64,000 nucleotides of DNA from an uncultured Gemmatimonadales bacterium (GTDB lineage: Bacteria > Gemmatimonadota > Gemmatimonadetes > Gemmatimonadales > GWC2-71-9), in assembly GCA_963779755.1 (NCBI GenBank), contig CAVZZO010000003.1, forward strand, positions 384,001 to 448,000, read 5' to 3'. Position 1 is the stretch's first letter, and every line of letters begins with the position of its first letter. Positions 20,763-30,302 of this stretch are shown piece by piece. The position numbers and the translations under genes are program-made. Below the pieces are notes generated by a model. The model ran no database searches and was not told the DNA's origin. It saw only the letters and a list, made by a program, of their open reading frames with translations.

Positions 20763-20830
20763 AGCTAACTATGAATTCGATTGCGCGCATGGGCAGGGGG
20801 TCGGCGCCTGAGATGTCTTTCTAACCAGGC
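20763..20830 (-). other. attI site
   Basis: The first cassette starts at GTTAGCT (20763-20769) with no attC upstream; a second GTTAGA lies about 55 bp further upstream. Confidence 0.7.
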
Positions 20831-20969
20831 AGGCTCTGCCGCAATCAAGCACCCATCGACGTAGCACTTAGGCCCTTGGTTGATCTTTGCTGTCGTTCCG
20901 GAAAAGCGCAAGAGGTGTCGATGTAGGAGGCCCGGAGTCTCTGTTACAGGTAACAGCGCCCTCCTCCTG

Positions 20970-21071
20970 GCGCTGTCCTCTGCACGACCCTCCCAGCGCC
21001 ATCCTCTGCACGACCCTCCCAGCGCTGTCCTCTGCACGACCCTCCCAGCGCCGTCCTCGGCGACCCTCCCA
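20970..21071. repeat. 26-bp tandem repeat x4
   Basis: GCGCTGTCCTCTGCACGACCCTCCCA units, the last one shortened. Confidence 0.9.
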
Positions 21072-21143
21072 ACGCTGTCTTCGCACCGCGGTCCTCTTTT
21101 GCACTGCCCTCCTAGGTGTGCCCCATCCCCCCCCTCCCCGCCG

Positions 21144-22136
21144 CTACGCCCGGTCCATCGGGCTCCGCACCCCCAGCCCACCCCGCTGCAGGACATGGGT
21201 ATAGATCATCGTGGTGCTGACGTCCCGATGGCCCAGCAGCTCCTGCACGGTCCGGATGTCATACCCATCCTCCAGCAGGTGGGTCGCGAAGCTGTGCCGC
21301 AGGGTGTGGCAGCTCGCCCGCTTGGTGAGGCCCGCCGCCTGGACCGCCTTGCGCATGGCGCGCTGCAGCAGACTATGGTGCACGTGGGTCCGCCCCTGCC
21401 CTCCCGTCTCCGGCTCGACCACCATGATCCTCCTCCCGGGGAAGAGATACTGCCAACGCCACTCCCGCGATGCCGCCGGGTACTTGCGCCGCAACGCGAA
21501 CGGCAGCGGCGCCACCCCCAGCCCCTCACTCAGGTCGCGCTGATGCCGCAACCGCAGCTGCGCGAGGTACTGCGTGAGTTCGTCCCGAAGGCTCATGGGC
21601 AGCATGGTACTGCGGTCCTTGGCCCCCTTGCCGCTCCGGACCATGACCTGGCTCATGGTGAAATCCAGGTCCTGCACCCGCAGCCGCAGGCACTCGGTCA
21701 GCCGCAGACCACTCCCATAGAGCAGGCTGGCCATCAGCCGGCACCGCCCCCGCAGCTGCCGCAGCACCAGCCGAACTTCCTCCCGGCTCAGCACCACCGG
21801 CAATCGATGCGGCCGCTTGGCCCACACGATCTGTTCCACCTGCGCCAGCTCCCGCCCCAGGACCTCCCGGTAAAGAAAGACCAGCGCCGAGAGCGCCTGG
21901 TTCTGGGTGCTCGCCGCCACCCGCCCCCGCAGCGCCAGGTCGGTCAGAAAGTCTCCCACCTCCCGCTCGGCCAGATCGGCCGGGTGGCGCTTGCCGTGGA
22001 AGAGGACAAAACGCCGGATCCAGTGCACGTAGGAACGCTCGGTCCGGGGGCTGTAGTGCCGGGCACGAATGGCCTGCCGGACCAGGGGCAGGAGCCGGGG
22101 ACGCGCCCGCACGGGCGGCTGCAGGGCGGAATCCAT
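21144..22136 (-). CDS. intI: Integron integrase
   Basis: [54 protein letters not shown] (IntI-specific insertion), [12 protein letters not shown] and [16 protein letters not shown]. Start placed at ATG 22136. Confidence 0.98.
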   Translation of the reverse strand: MDSALQPPVRARPRLLPLVRQAIRARHYSPRTERSYVHWIRRFVLFHGKRHPADLAEREVGDFLTDLALRGRVAASTQNQALSALVFLYREVLGRELAQVEQIVWAKRPHRLPVVLSREEVRLVLRQLRGRCRLMASLLYGSGLRLTECLRLRVQDLDFTMSQVMVRSGKGAKDRSTMLPMSLRDELTQYLAQLRLRHQRDLSEGLGVAPLPFALRRKYPAASREWRWQYLFPGRRIMVVEPETGGQGRTHVHHSLLQRAMRKAVQAAGLTKRASCHTLRHSFATHLLEDGYDIRTVQELLGHRDVSTTMIYTHVLQRGGLGVRSPMDRA

Positions 22137-22317
22137 GCGCCAACCTATAACGAGGCAGGGCAAGCCTCGGCCTGATTGGAGCGCAGCCGGGCACGGAAAA
22201 GCGCGGGGCAGCTCGGGAGGGGGGATTCAGCGGGTCCCTGCGCCGTCTTCCCGCCTTCCCGCCTTCCCGCCTACCTTTGGATCACACCATTGCCAGGTCC
22301 CGCGCCCGGAGGTCGTC

Positions 22318-23235
22318 GTGCTCCGCTTCCACCGATTTGCTGCACTGCTCCTGGCCTCCGCCGGCATGCTGGCCGGGCCGCCTGCCTCGGCGCAAGTCGC
22401 CTCGCCCCGGGCCGCCGACTCGCTCCTGGTCTCCACCCACTGGCTGGCCGACCACCTGCACGATCCCGGTCTCATCGTCCTGGAGGCCGGCCGCAGCCGG
22501 ACCGACTACGATGCCGGGCATCTGCCGGGCGCCCGCTTCGTCCCGGTTTCCGCCTTCGTGGTTACCCGCGACAGCCTGCCCAACGAGATGCCCGCCCCCG
22601 CCGGTCTCGATTCGCTGCTGTCCGCCCTCGGCCTCAGCGCCGATTCGCGGATCGTGATCTACGGCGAGCCGCTCTGGGCCGCCCGGCTGTTTGTAACCCT
22701 GGATTATGCGGGACTCGCCGGACACGCGGCGCTCCTCAATGGCGGCCGCGAAGGGTGGACGCTCGAAGGCCACCGGCTGGAAGGTGACGTCCCGTCCTGG
22801 TCTCCCACAACGCTGCACGCCCAACCGCAGTCCGGCCTGGTGGTCGATGCCGCCTGGGTGCACCAGCACCTGCACGACGGCACCGTCGCCCTGCTCGACG
22901 CGCGCCCCGCCGACGACTACAGCGGCAAGGTGGCCGGCAACGGGGTGAACCGGCCAGGACACATACCGGGAGCCGCCAATATCTTCTGGCAGACGACCCT
23001 GGAAGGTGAGCCCCCGCTGGTCCGACCGCAGGCGACCCTTGATTCGATGTTCCACGCCGCCGGAGTCGCGCCGGGCGACACGGTCGTGACGTATTGCCGG
23101 ACCGGGGTCCAGGCGAGTTTTCTGTATTTTGTCGCCCGGTACCTGGGATACCCTACCCGGCTGTACGACGGGTCGTACATCGACTGGAGCCGGAGAAGCG
23201 ATCTGCCTGTGGAGGGGATGAAGAGTGAGAGGTGA
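22318..23235 (+). CDS. Sulfurtransferase (tandem rhodanese) with signal peptide
   Basis: GHLPGA, GHIPGA, YCRTG and LYDGSYIDW motifs; GGAGG before the GTG start. Confidence 0.92.
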   Translation: MLRFHRFAALLLASAGMLAGPPASAQVASPRAADSLLVSTHWLADHLHDPGLIVLEAGRSRTDYDAGHLPGARFVPVSAFVVTRDSLPNEMPAPAGLDSLLSALGLSADSRIVIYGEPLWAARLFVTLDYAGLAGHAALLNGGREGWTLEGHRLEGDVPSWSPTTLHAQPQSGLVVDAAWVHQHLHDGTVALLDARPADDYSGKVAGNGVNRPGHIPGAANIFWQTTLEGEPPLVRPQATLDSMFHAAGVAPGDTVVTYCRTGVQASFLYFVARYLGYPTRLYDGSYIDWSRRSDLPVEGMKSER

Positions 23236-23340
23236 GGCGTAAGGCGTAAGAGGAAAGAGGTAAGAGGTAAGACGTGCCAAAGGAAACCGCCTTACGCCTC
23301 ACGTCTCACGCCTCACGCCTCACGTCTCACGTCTTACCTC
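23227..23340. repeat. Inverted heptamer tandem arrays between convergent genes
   Basis: (GTAAGAG/GTGAGGC)n followed by (GCCTCAC/GTCTCAC)n. Confidence 0.8.
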
Positions 23341-23344
23341 TGAA

Positions 23345-23833
23345 TCATTGCCCCCCCGACGGCGGCGCCAGGTTGCCGCAGGCGATGACGGTGTTGCGGT
23401 TCTCCGCCGACGCCAGCACCTGGACGGCGAAGTTCCCATAGGACGGAATGTCGCGGGAGAGCATCGTGGTCTGGGTCACCTTGCCCTTGTCGTCCACCTG
23501 CAGGGGCTGGTACGCCGTCGAGTCGCCCAGCATCCCGCTGGTGCTGCCGCAGCGCCCATAGTACACCCCCCAGGGATGCACGCCGCCCGGCGTGGCGTTG
23601 GCCAGGTTGATGGTCACCCTGGTCTGCTGTCTCTGGTCCGGTACGGGCGCCATCCAGGCGTTCCCGTGGATCTGGACCACCCCACTGAGATCCGATGGCG
23701 TTGCCACGTTGGCAGTCCACCGCGCGCTGAGGGGATATTCACTGGTCGTGATCTCTACTGCCTTGTTTCCGGCGCAACCCGCTGCCAGTGGAAGGGTCGC
23801 CAGCAGCAGGACGCCAACCATTCGATTTCGCAT
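23345..23833 (-). CDS. Lipoprotein, possibly Cu/Zn-SOD-like fold without full metal ligands
   Basis: Lipobox LAAGC; HPWGVYYGRCG...VIACGNL. Confidence 0.7.
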   Translation of the reverse strand: MRNRMVGVLLLATLPLAAGCAGNKAVEITTSEYPLSARWTANVATPSDLSGVVQIHGNAWMAPVPDQRQQTRVTINLANATPGGVHPWGVYYGRCGSTSGMLGDSTAYQPLQVDDKGKVTQTTMLSRDIPSYGNFAVQVLASAENRNTVIACGNLAPPSGGQ

Positions 23834-24105
23834 GCCTGGTCTCCTCCGCATGTTGAGAGAGTGTCGGCCTGAAGCCGAACTGGAAAAGTATTGCCTCTAA
23901 ATAAGATAGGAGCCTAGGTTGAGAAATCCCGTGAGGTGGCTCACCCCGCGGTGCGAGGCTGTCCAGGGTTGTCGCGATTGCCTGGAGAATCGCCTGCGCT
24001 CGTAAAACGGCTCCTCCGTGGCCGAGATCTGCACAAGCGTGAAGAGGGTTCGTGGTACGGCGGCCATGGTTGACGGATGAGGACCGGCGTTGCAGGTTGG
24101 ATAGC

Positions 24106-24708
24106 ATGAGTAGACCGATCGGTCTGGCCCGGGAGAGCGCCTCCCGCAAGCGGCTCCTGGAGGCCGGCCTCGAACTGTTCCTGGCGCAAGGGTATAACGA
24201 TACCGGGGTGCAGGACGTACTCCGCGCCACCGACCTCCCCAAGGGCTCGTTCTATCATCACTTCGCCAGTAAGGAGGCGTTCGGGCTTTTGGTGGTGGAC
24301 CGGTACGTGGAGGAGGTGCATGCGGAGCTCGACCGTGTCCTGGGCGATCCGTCCCGTAAGCCGCTAGCCCGGGTGCGGCATTTCTTCGAGCGGACCCGGG
24401 CCACCTACGCCTCGCAGGGCTACCGCGGTTGCCTCTTCGGCGCTCTGGGGCAGGAGCTGTCGGGAGTAAGCGAGGCGTTCCGGCGGAAGGTGGAGAGCTG
24501 CCTGGCGCGGATCGTCGAGCGGCTGGCCGGCTGCCTCGAGTTGGCACGGGAGGCCGGCGATCTTCCGCCCGGCACCGACACCCGGGGGCTCGCCGATCTG
24601 CTGGTGAACTGCTGGGAAGGAGCGGCGCTCCGCTCCCGTCTGCTCCGCAGCCCCGCCCCGCTCGAGGCCATGCTCAATTTCTGTTTCTCGGCCATCGCGA
24701 CCGACTAG
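24106..24708 (+). CDS. TetR-family regulator, NemR-like
   Basis: GYNDTGVQDVL..PKGSFYHHFASKEAFG HTH, GCLFG, WEGAALR. Confidence 0.9.
   Translation: MSRPIGLARESASRKRLLEAGLELFLAQGYNDTGVQDVLRATDLPKGSFYHHFASKEAFGLLVVDRYVEEVHAELDRVLGDPSRKPLARVRHFFERTRATYASQGYRGCLFGALGQELSGVSEAFRRKVESCLARIVERLAGCLELAREAGDLPPGTDTRGLADLLVNCWEGAALRSRLLRSPAPLEAMLNFCFSAIATD
24111..24126. promoter_or_regulatory. NemR-type operator 1
   Basis: TAGACCGATCGGTCTG, matching TAGACC-N4-GGTCTA. Confidence 0.8.
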
Positions 24709-25814
24709 TGGACTGTACCAGTTGAACGTTAAGCGACGTGGATGCGGTGAGCGGGATCATCGTACTTCCACCGAATCGGTCGCGGGTCGCGGTTGTACTG
24801 CCGAATGTACTTCCTGATGCGGCGGGCGAGGTCTTTGGTGGAGGTGAAGACGCCCCGATGAATCAGATCGCGTTCGATTTTGGCGAACCAGAGCTCCACT
24901 TGATTCAACCAAGAGCTGTAGGTCGGAGTGAAGTGCAACTGCACGCGCGGATGCTCGGCCAGGAATTCCGCGACGCGTTGCGTTTTATGCACCGACAAGT
25001 TGTCGCAGATGATGTGCACCTCACGCCGCGCCGGCACGCGCGTCAGGAGATCGGCCAGAAACGCAATGAAGGCCTGGCTCGTGTGGCGCTCGGCAGTCTG
25101 GCCGATCACCAGGCCCGTCCGCGTCTCGAGGGCGGCGAACAGCGACAGCGTGCCGTGGCGGACGTATTCAAACCCATGGCGTTCCGCGCGGCCGGGCGAC
25201 AGCGGCAGCATCGGATCCTTGCGCTCGAGGGCCTGGATCGCCGTCTTCTCATCCACACAGAAAACGGCGGCATGCTGCGGCGGATGCAAGTAGAGCCCGA
25301 TCACATCCGCCGCTTTGGTCTCGAAGTCGGGATCGTTCGACGCCATATAACGCTCCATCCGGTGCGGCTGAATCCCGTGCTTCCTCCAGACCCGTGCGAC
25401 CGTCATGTGCGGCAGCTTGAGGCGCTTCGCCAGTCGCCGGGTGCTCCAATGCGTCGACCCGTCCGGCGGGGCCGTGCGCGTCGCATCGAGAATGCGTGCT
25501 TCCAGCTGGGGAGTCCGGACTCGGACGGGACGCCCCGCGTGCCGCACGTACAGCCCGGCCAGGCGCGCCTCCACAAACCGGCGCTTCCACTTACTGATGA
25601 ACGGTTCCGAGCGCCCCGTGCGTGCGGCGATGTCGCGGTAGGTCAGGCCCGCCGCCAACAGCAGCAACACACGCGCGACCATAGCATCCTGGGCGCGCCC
25701 CGTCCGACTGCGCGTCCGACGCTCCAACTCGGCGCGCTCGGCGGGGGTCAGCACGAGTGGTTGAGTTTCCATGCCCACCAATCTAACACTAAACACTTAT
25801 CTGGTACAGTCCAC
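24708..25814 (-). mobile_element. IS630-family element
   Basis: Perfect 14-bp TIR GTGGACTGTACCAG and a TA duplication within CTAG. Confidence 0.95.
24729..25772 (-). CDS. IS630 transposase
   Basis: THWSTR, CVDEKT, YVRHGT, DNLSVHK and PTYSSWLNQVE motifs. Confidence 0.96.
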   Translation of the reverse strand: METQPLVLTPAERAELERRTRSRTGRAQDAMVARVLLLLAAGLTYRDIAARTGRSEPFISKWKRRFVEARLAGLYVRHAGRPVRVRTPQLEARILDATRTAPPDGSTHWSTRRLAKRLKLPHMTVARVWRKHGIQPHRMERYMASNDPDFETKAADVIGLYLHPPQHAAVFCVDEKTAIQALERKDPMLPLSPGRAERHGFEYVRHGTLSLFAALETRTGLVIGQTAERHTSQAFIAFLADLLTRVPARREVHIICDNLSVHKTQRVAEFLAEHPRVQLHFTPTYSSWLNQVELWFAKIERDLIHRGVFTSTKDLARRIRKYIRQYNRDPRPIRWKYDDPAHRIHVA

Positions 25815-25823
25815 TAGGGCATC

Positions 25824-25856
25824 GGCCGCCCCCCGAGGGGACGGCCCCTTTTTATT
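25824..25856 (+). terminator. Putative intrinsic terminator
   Basis: GC-rich hairpin followed by TTTTTATT. Confidence 0.55.
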
Positions 25857-25865
25857 CACCACGAC

Positions 25866-25881
25866 TAGACCGATCGGTCTG
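25866..25881. promoter_or_regulatory. NemR-type operator 2
   Basis: Identical 16-mer 20 bp upstream of ATG 25902. Confidence 0.8.
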
Positions 25882-25901
25882 GTCCCCACAAGGAGGTCAC
25901 C

Positions 25902-26474
25902 ATGCGGGTCCCCGTATTCGCTTCTCCGGGCAGGTGGGCCGCGGCCCTGGTTTCCCTGCTCACGGCTGTCCCCGTCACGGTGCACGCCCAGGCAGCGCGG
26001 GCCGATACCGCCGCGCTTATCGCCAGCGCCCTCCGCGCGGCCCCGGCCGGACTCGCCCGGCACGCGACAGTAGTGGACCTTCAGCAGAAGGTGCTGCGCC
26101 AGGGCGAGTCGGAGTGGATGTGCCTGCCGGACGACCCGGCCCAGCCCGGCGATGCTCCCATGTGCCTGGACCAGCCGTGGGTCAGCTTCATCGGCGCGTA
26201 TTTGGCCAAGCGGCCGCCGGCAATCTCGCGGGTCGGCTTCGGCTACATGCTCCAGGGCGACCTGCCGGTGAGCAATACCGATCCGTTCGCGACCGGTCCC
26301 ACAGAGGAGAACCAGTGGATCGATAACTCGGGGCCGCACGTCATGATTCTCCTGCCGGACCCCGCGGCACTTGCCGGGCTGCCCACCGACCCGGCGAACG
26401 GGGGCCCCTGGGTGATGTGGAAGGGCACACCCTACGCCCACATCATGGTGCCGGTCCCCCGCCGCGGCGAGTGA
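25902..26474 (+). CDS. Secreted hypothetical protein
   Basis: AGGAGG RBS, signal peptide, WMCLP..PMCLD..GPHVM..HIMVP motifs. Confidence 0.88.
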   Translation: MRVPVFASPGRWAAALVSLLTAVPVTVHAQAARADTAALIASALRAAPAGLARHATVVDLQQKVLRQGESEWMCLPDDPAQPGDAPMCLDQPWVSFIGAYLAKRPPAISRVGFGYMLQGDLPVSNTDPFATGPTEENQWIDNSGPHVMILLPDPAALAGLPTDPANGGPWVMWKGTPYAHIMVPVPRRGE

Positions 26475-26487
26475 AGGCACGAAAGCA

Positions 26488-26655
26488 AGCGAGGGACTCG
26501 GACCCCCAGCGCCGAGTCCCTCGTGAGAAGTGCAGCCGTTACAGCAGGGGGGCTCGAACCGGCAGGTCCGAGCCCCGCAGCAGGAATGAACTGACCATAG
26601 CAGGGGTGGGACTCGAACCGCAGGTCCGAGTCCCCCGTGGGAATCCGAATGACCA
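26488..26655 (-). repeat. tRNA-linked tandem repeats (3 units of about 55-58 bp)
   Basis: Each unit copies the tRNA 3' end (GGTTCGAGTCCCACCCCTGCTA) with increasing decay. Confidence 0.8.
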
Positions 26656-26729
26656 TAGCAGGGGTGGGACTCGAACCCACGACCCCGGCATTATGAGTGC
26701 CGTGCTCTAACCACCTGAGCTACCCTGCC
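26656..26729 (-). tRNA. tRNA-Met(CAT), probably elongator
   Basis: Full cloverleaf: GGCAGGG acceptor, CTCATAA loop, GGTTCGAGTCC T-arm. Ile2 is not excluded. Confidence 0.93.
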
Positions 26730-26816
26730 ACAAACAGGGACCAGGAAACAGGGACCCTTCCCTGTTCCCTTTCCCCGTATTTTCGGCCCAATCCTACCCC
26801 GTTCGCCGAGGAACGG

Positions 26817-28402
<1,586 letters not shown>

Positions 28403-28581
28403 TCAGAGAATCGGATGTAATCCGCAGAGTACGCAGATTACGCAGATGTGTTCGTTCGGCATCCCAACGCACACCCGTTGGCTCCTGCCTGCTGCCTTAG
28501 ACCGTCATCGAGCGTGCCAGAGGCACTCCGTACTTCCGTGCCTTCGTGTCGCGGTTCAGGATTCGGAGAACGGGCACGAAC

Positions 28582-29313
28582 CTAGTCGCCTGCCGGAACC
28601 CCGTCAACGCGCTCGGCGAACGTCTTCAGCACCGCATGACACCGCTCTGCCAGCGCTTCACGGTCGTCGTAGTCCAGGCCGCCGGTTTCGATCGGCGCGC
28701 CGAAGAAGACGTCGATCGGCCGGCGGCGGATCCGCAGCGAGCCCGGCGGCAGGACCTGATAGGTCCCCGCGATGAAGACCGGCACCACGGGTACGCCCGC
28801 CGCGATCGCCAGGACGAACGGCCCCTTCTTGAGCGCATGCAGCTTGCCGTCGCGGCTCCGCGTCCCCTCGCCGAAGACGATCGCCGAGGTGCCGGCCTGC
28901 AGCCGCCCGGCTGCCGCATCGTAGGCTTCGAACGCCTTCTGCAGTTTCTGCCGGTCGATGGGAATGTGGCCCGCCGAGGCCATGGCCCAGCCGAAGACCG
29001 GAACCTTGAGCAGCTCGCGCTTCGCCAGAAACCGGACGTTGACCGGCAGCACCGCGACCAGCACCCAGATATCCACGAACGAGACATGGTTGGACACGAA
29101 GACGCAGGGCCGGCCGGGCACCTGTTCCATCCCGTGAGTGCGCACCCGCAGGCCGTGCGCCGCCAGCAGCTGGCTGCCCCACCAGTGCGCTACCTTGCCG
29201 TAGATGCCGTCGGGCTTCTGCCGGATGCCGAACAGCGAGGCCACGATGGCCCAGCCGCCGTAGAGCACGGTGAGCGCCGCCAGGCTCAGGCTGTACCAGA
29301 GTGCGCCGATCAT
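28582..29313 (-). CDS. plsC: 1-acyl-sn-glycerol-3-phosphate acyltransferase
   Basis: NHVSFVD and EGTRS motifs. Confidence 0.9.
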   Translation of the reverse strand: MIGALWYSLSLAALTVLYGGWAIVASLFGIRQKPDGIYGKVAHWWGSQLLAAHGLRVRTHGMEQVPGRPCVFVSNHVSFVDIWVLVAVLPVNVRFLAKRELLKVPVFGWAMASAGHIPIDRQKLQKAFEAYDAAAGRLQAGTSAIVFGEGTRSRDGKLHALKKGPFVLAIAAGVPVVPVFIAGTYQVLPPGSLRIRRRPIDVFFGAPIETGGLDYDDREALAERCHAVLKTFAERVDGVPAGD

Positions 29314-30302
29314 CGGAAGTGATCGTAGCCGGTGAGCTGCACCGGCGCCCCCTCGCGCAGAAAGAGCGCTCCCGTCCCCGCCTCCACCCGGCCGATCCGG
29401 GTGAGGGCCATGCCGCAGTCGGCGGCGAACCTCGCCGCCTCCGCCTCGTCGAATCCGGCAGGCATCGCCGCCAGCAGCTCATAGTCCTCGCCGCCGCCGG
29501 CGGCGAATTCCTCGGCGGCGATACCCTGCCAGTCCGCCTCACCGGCGCAGGCCGGATCCGCCGGGACCCGCTCCAGGTTGATGACCAGCCGCGCGGCCGA
29601 CGCCGCGGCGAGATGGCCGGCATCGCCCGCCAGGCCGTCGCTCAGGTCGAGCATGGCGTGGGCCCCGTGCCCCGCCAGCCAGCGGCCGGCGGCGATGCGT
29701 GGCACCGGCCGCGCGAACCGCTCCCGCGCGTCCTCGTCCGGATCGCGGCCCGCCAGCCAGGCGGAGAGCGCCGCCCGTGCGCCACCCAGCTGCCCCGTCA
29801 CCCAGATGCCGTCGCCCGGCGCGGCACCGGTGCGGGTCACCGGCCGCTCCGCCCTTCCCAGGACGGTGACATCGATCGCCCAGGCCGGCCCGCGGGAGAG
29901 GTCGCCGCCCCGGATGGTCGTGCCGGCTTCGCGCGCCATCGCGCCCGCGCCCCGCATCAGGGCCACCAGGTCCTGGGCGGCGGCATCCAGCGGCGTTGCC
30001 ACCGCGCACAATACTGCGAGCGGCAGCGCGCCCTCGGCGGCCAGGTCGGAGAGGGCGGATGCCACCGCCCGCCACCCGATCTCCTCCAGGCTCAGCCACT
30101 CGCACCGGAAGTGCACGCCCTCCACGGAAAGATCGCAACTCAGCGCCAGGATCCCCCGCTCCACTTCGATCAGCGCGCAGTCGTCGCCGATCCCGCTATC
30201 TCCCAGCACACCCACGATGTCCCGGATGCGATCGAACTCTATGCCCGGGCCCAGGGCAATCGTCCGGCCGTCCTGCCGTCTTGCCGTCTCCCCGCCCTTC
30301 AC
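29310..30302 (-). CDS. thiL: Thiamine-phosphate kinase
   Basis: GIGDDCA, SDLAAEG, DLSDGL and GGEDYEL motifs. Confidence 0.95.
   Translation of the reverse strand: MKGGETARRQDGRTIALGPGIEFDRIRDIVGVLGDSGIGDDCALIEVERGILALSCDLSVEGVHFRCEWLSLEEIGWRAVASALSDLAAEGALPLAVLCAVATPLDAAAQDLVALMRGAGAMAREAGTTIRGGDLSRGPAWAIDVTVLGRAERPVTRTGAAPGDGIWVTGQLGGARAALSAWLAGRDPDEDARERFARPVPRIAAGRWLAGHGAHAMLDLSDGLAGDAGHLAAASAARLVINLERVPADPACAGEADWQGIAAEEFAAGGGEDYELLAAMPAGFDEAEAARFAADCGMALTRIGRVEAGTGALFLREGAPVQLTGYDHFR

Larger units (their letters stand above)
1..22136 (-). mobile_element. Chromosomal integron: intI + attI + array of 41 cassettes (continues beyond window start)
   Basis: IntI-type integrase next to 41 regularly spaced imperfect palindromes bounded by RYYYAAC...GTTRRRY. 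Cassette ORFs are on the minus strand and often stop at or near the TAA of the R'' box. Confidence 0.97.

Noticed and set aside
1699..20811. Many long ORFs in the track over attC sites and gene-less cassettes (NEVRVCCSAIP, LTKCACAAARS, etc.)
   Set aside because: They cross cassette boundaries, have Arg/Pro/Gly-rich GC-artefact composition, and are broken by indels between copies.
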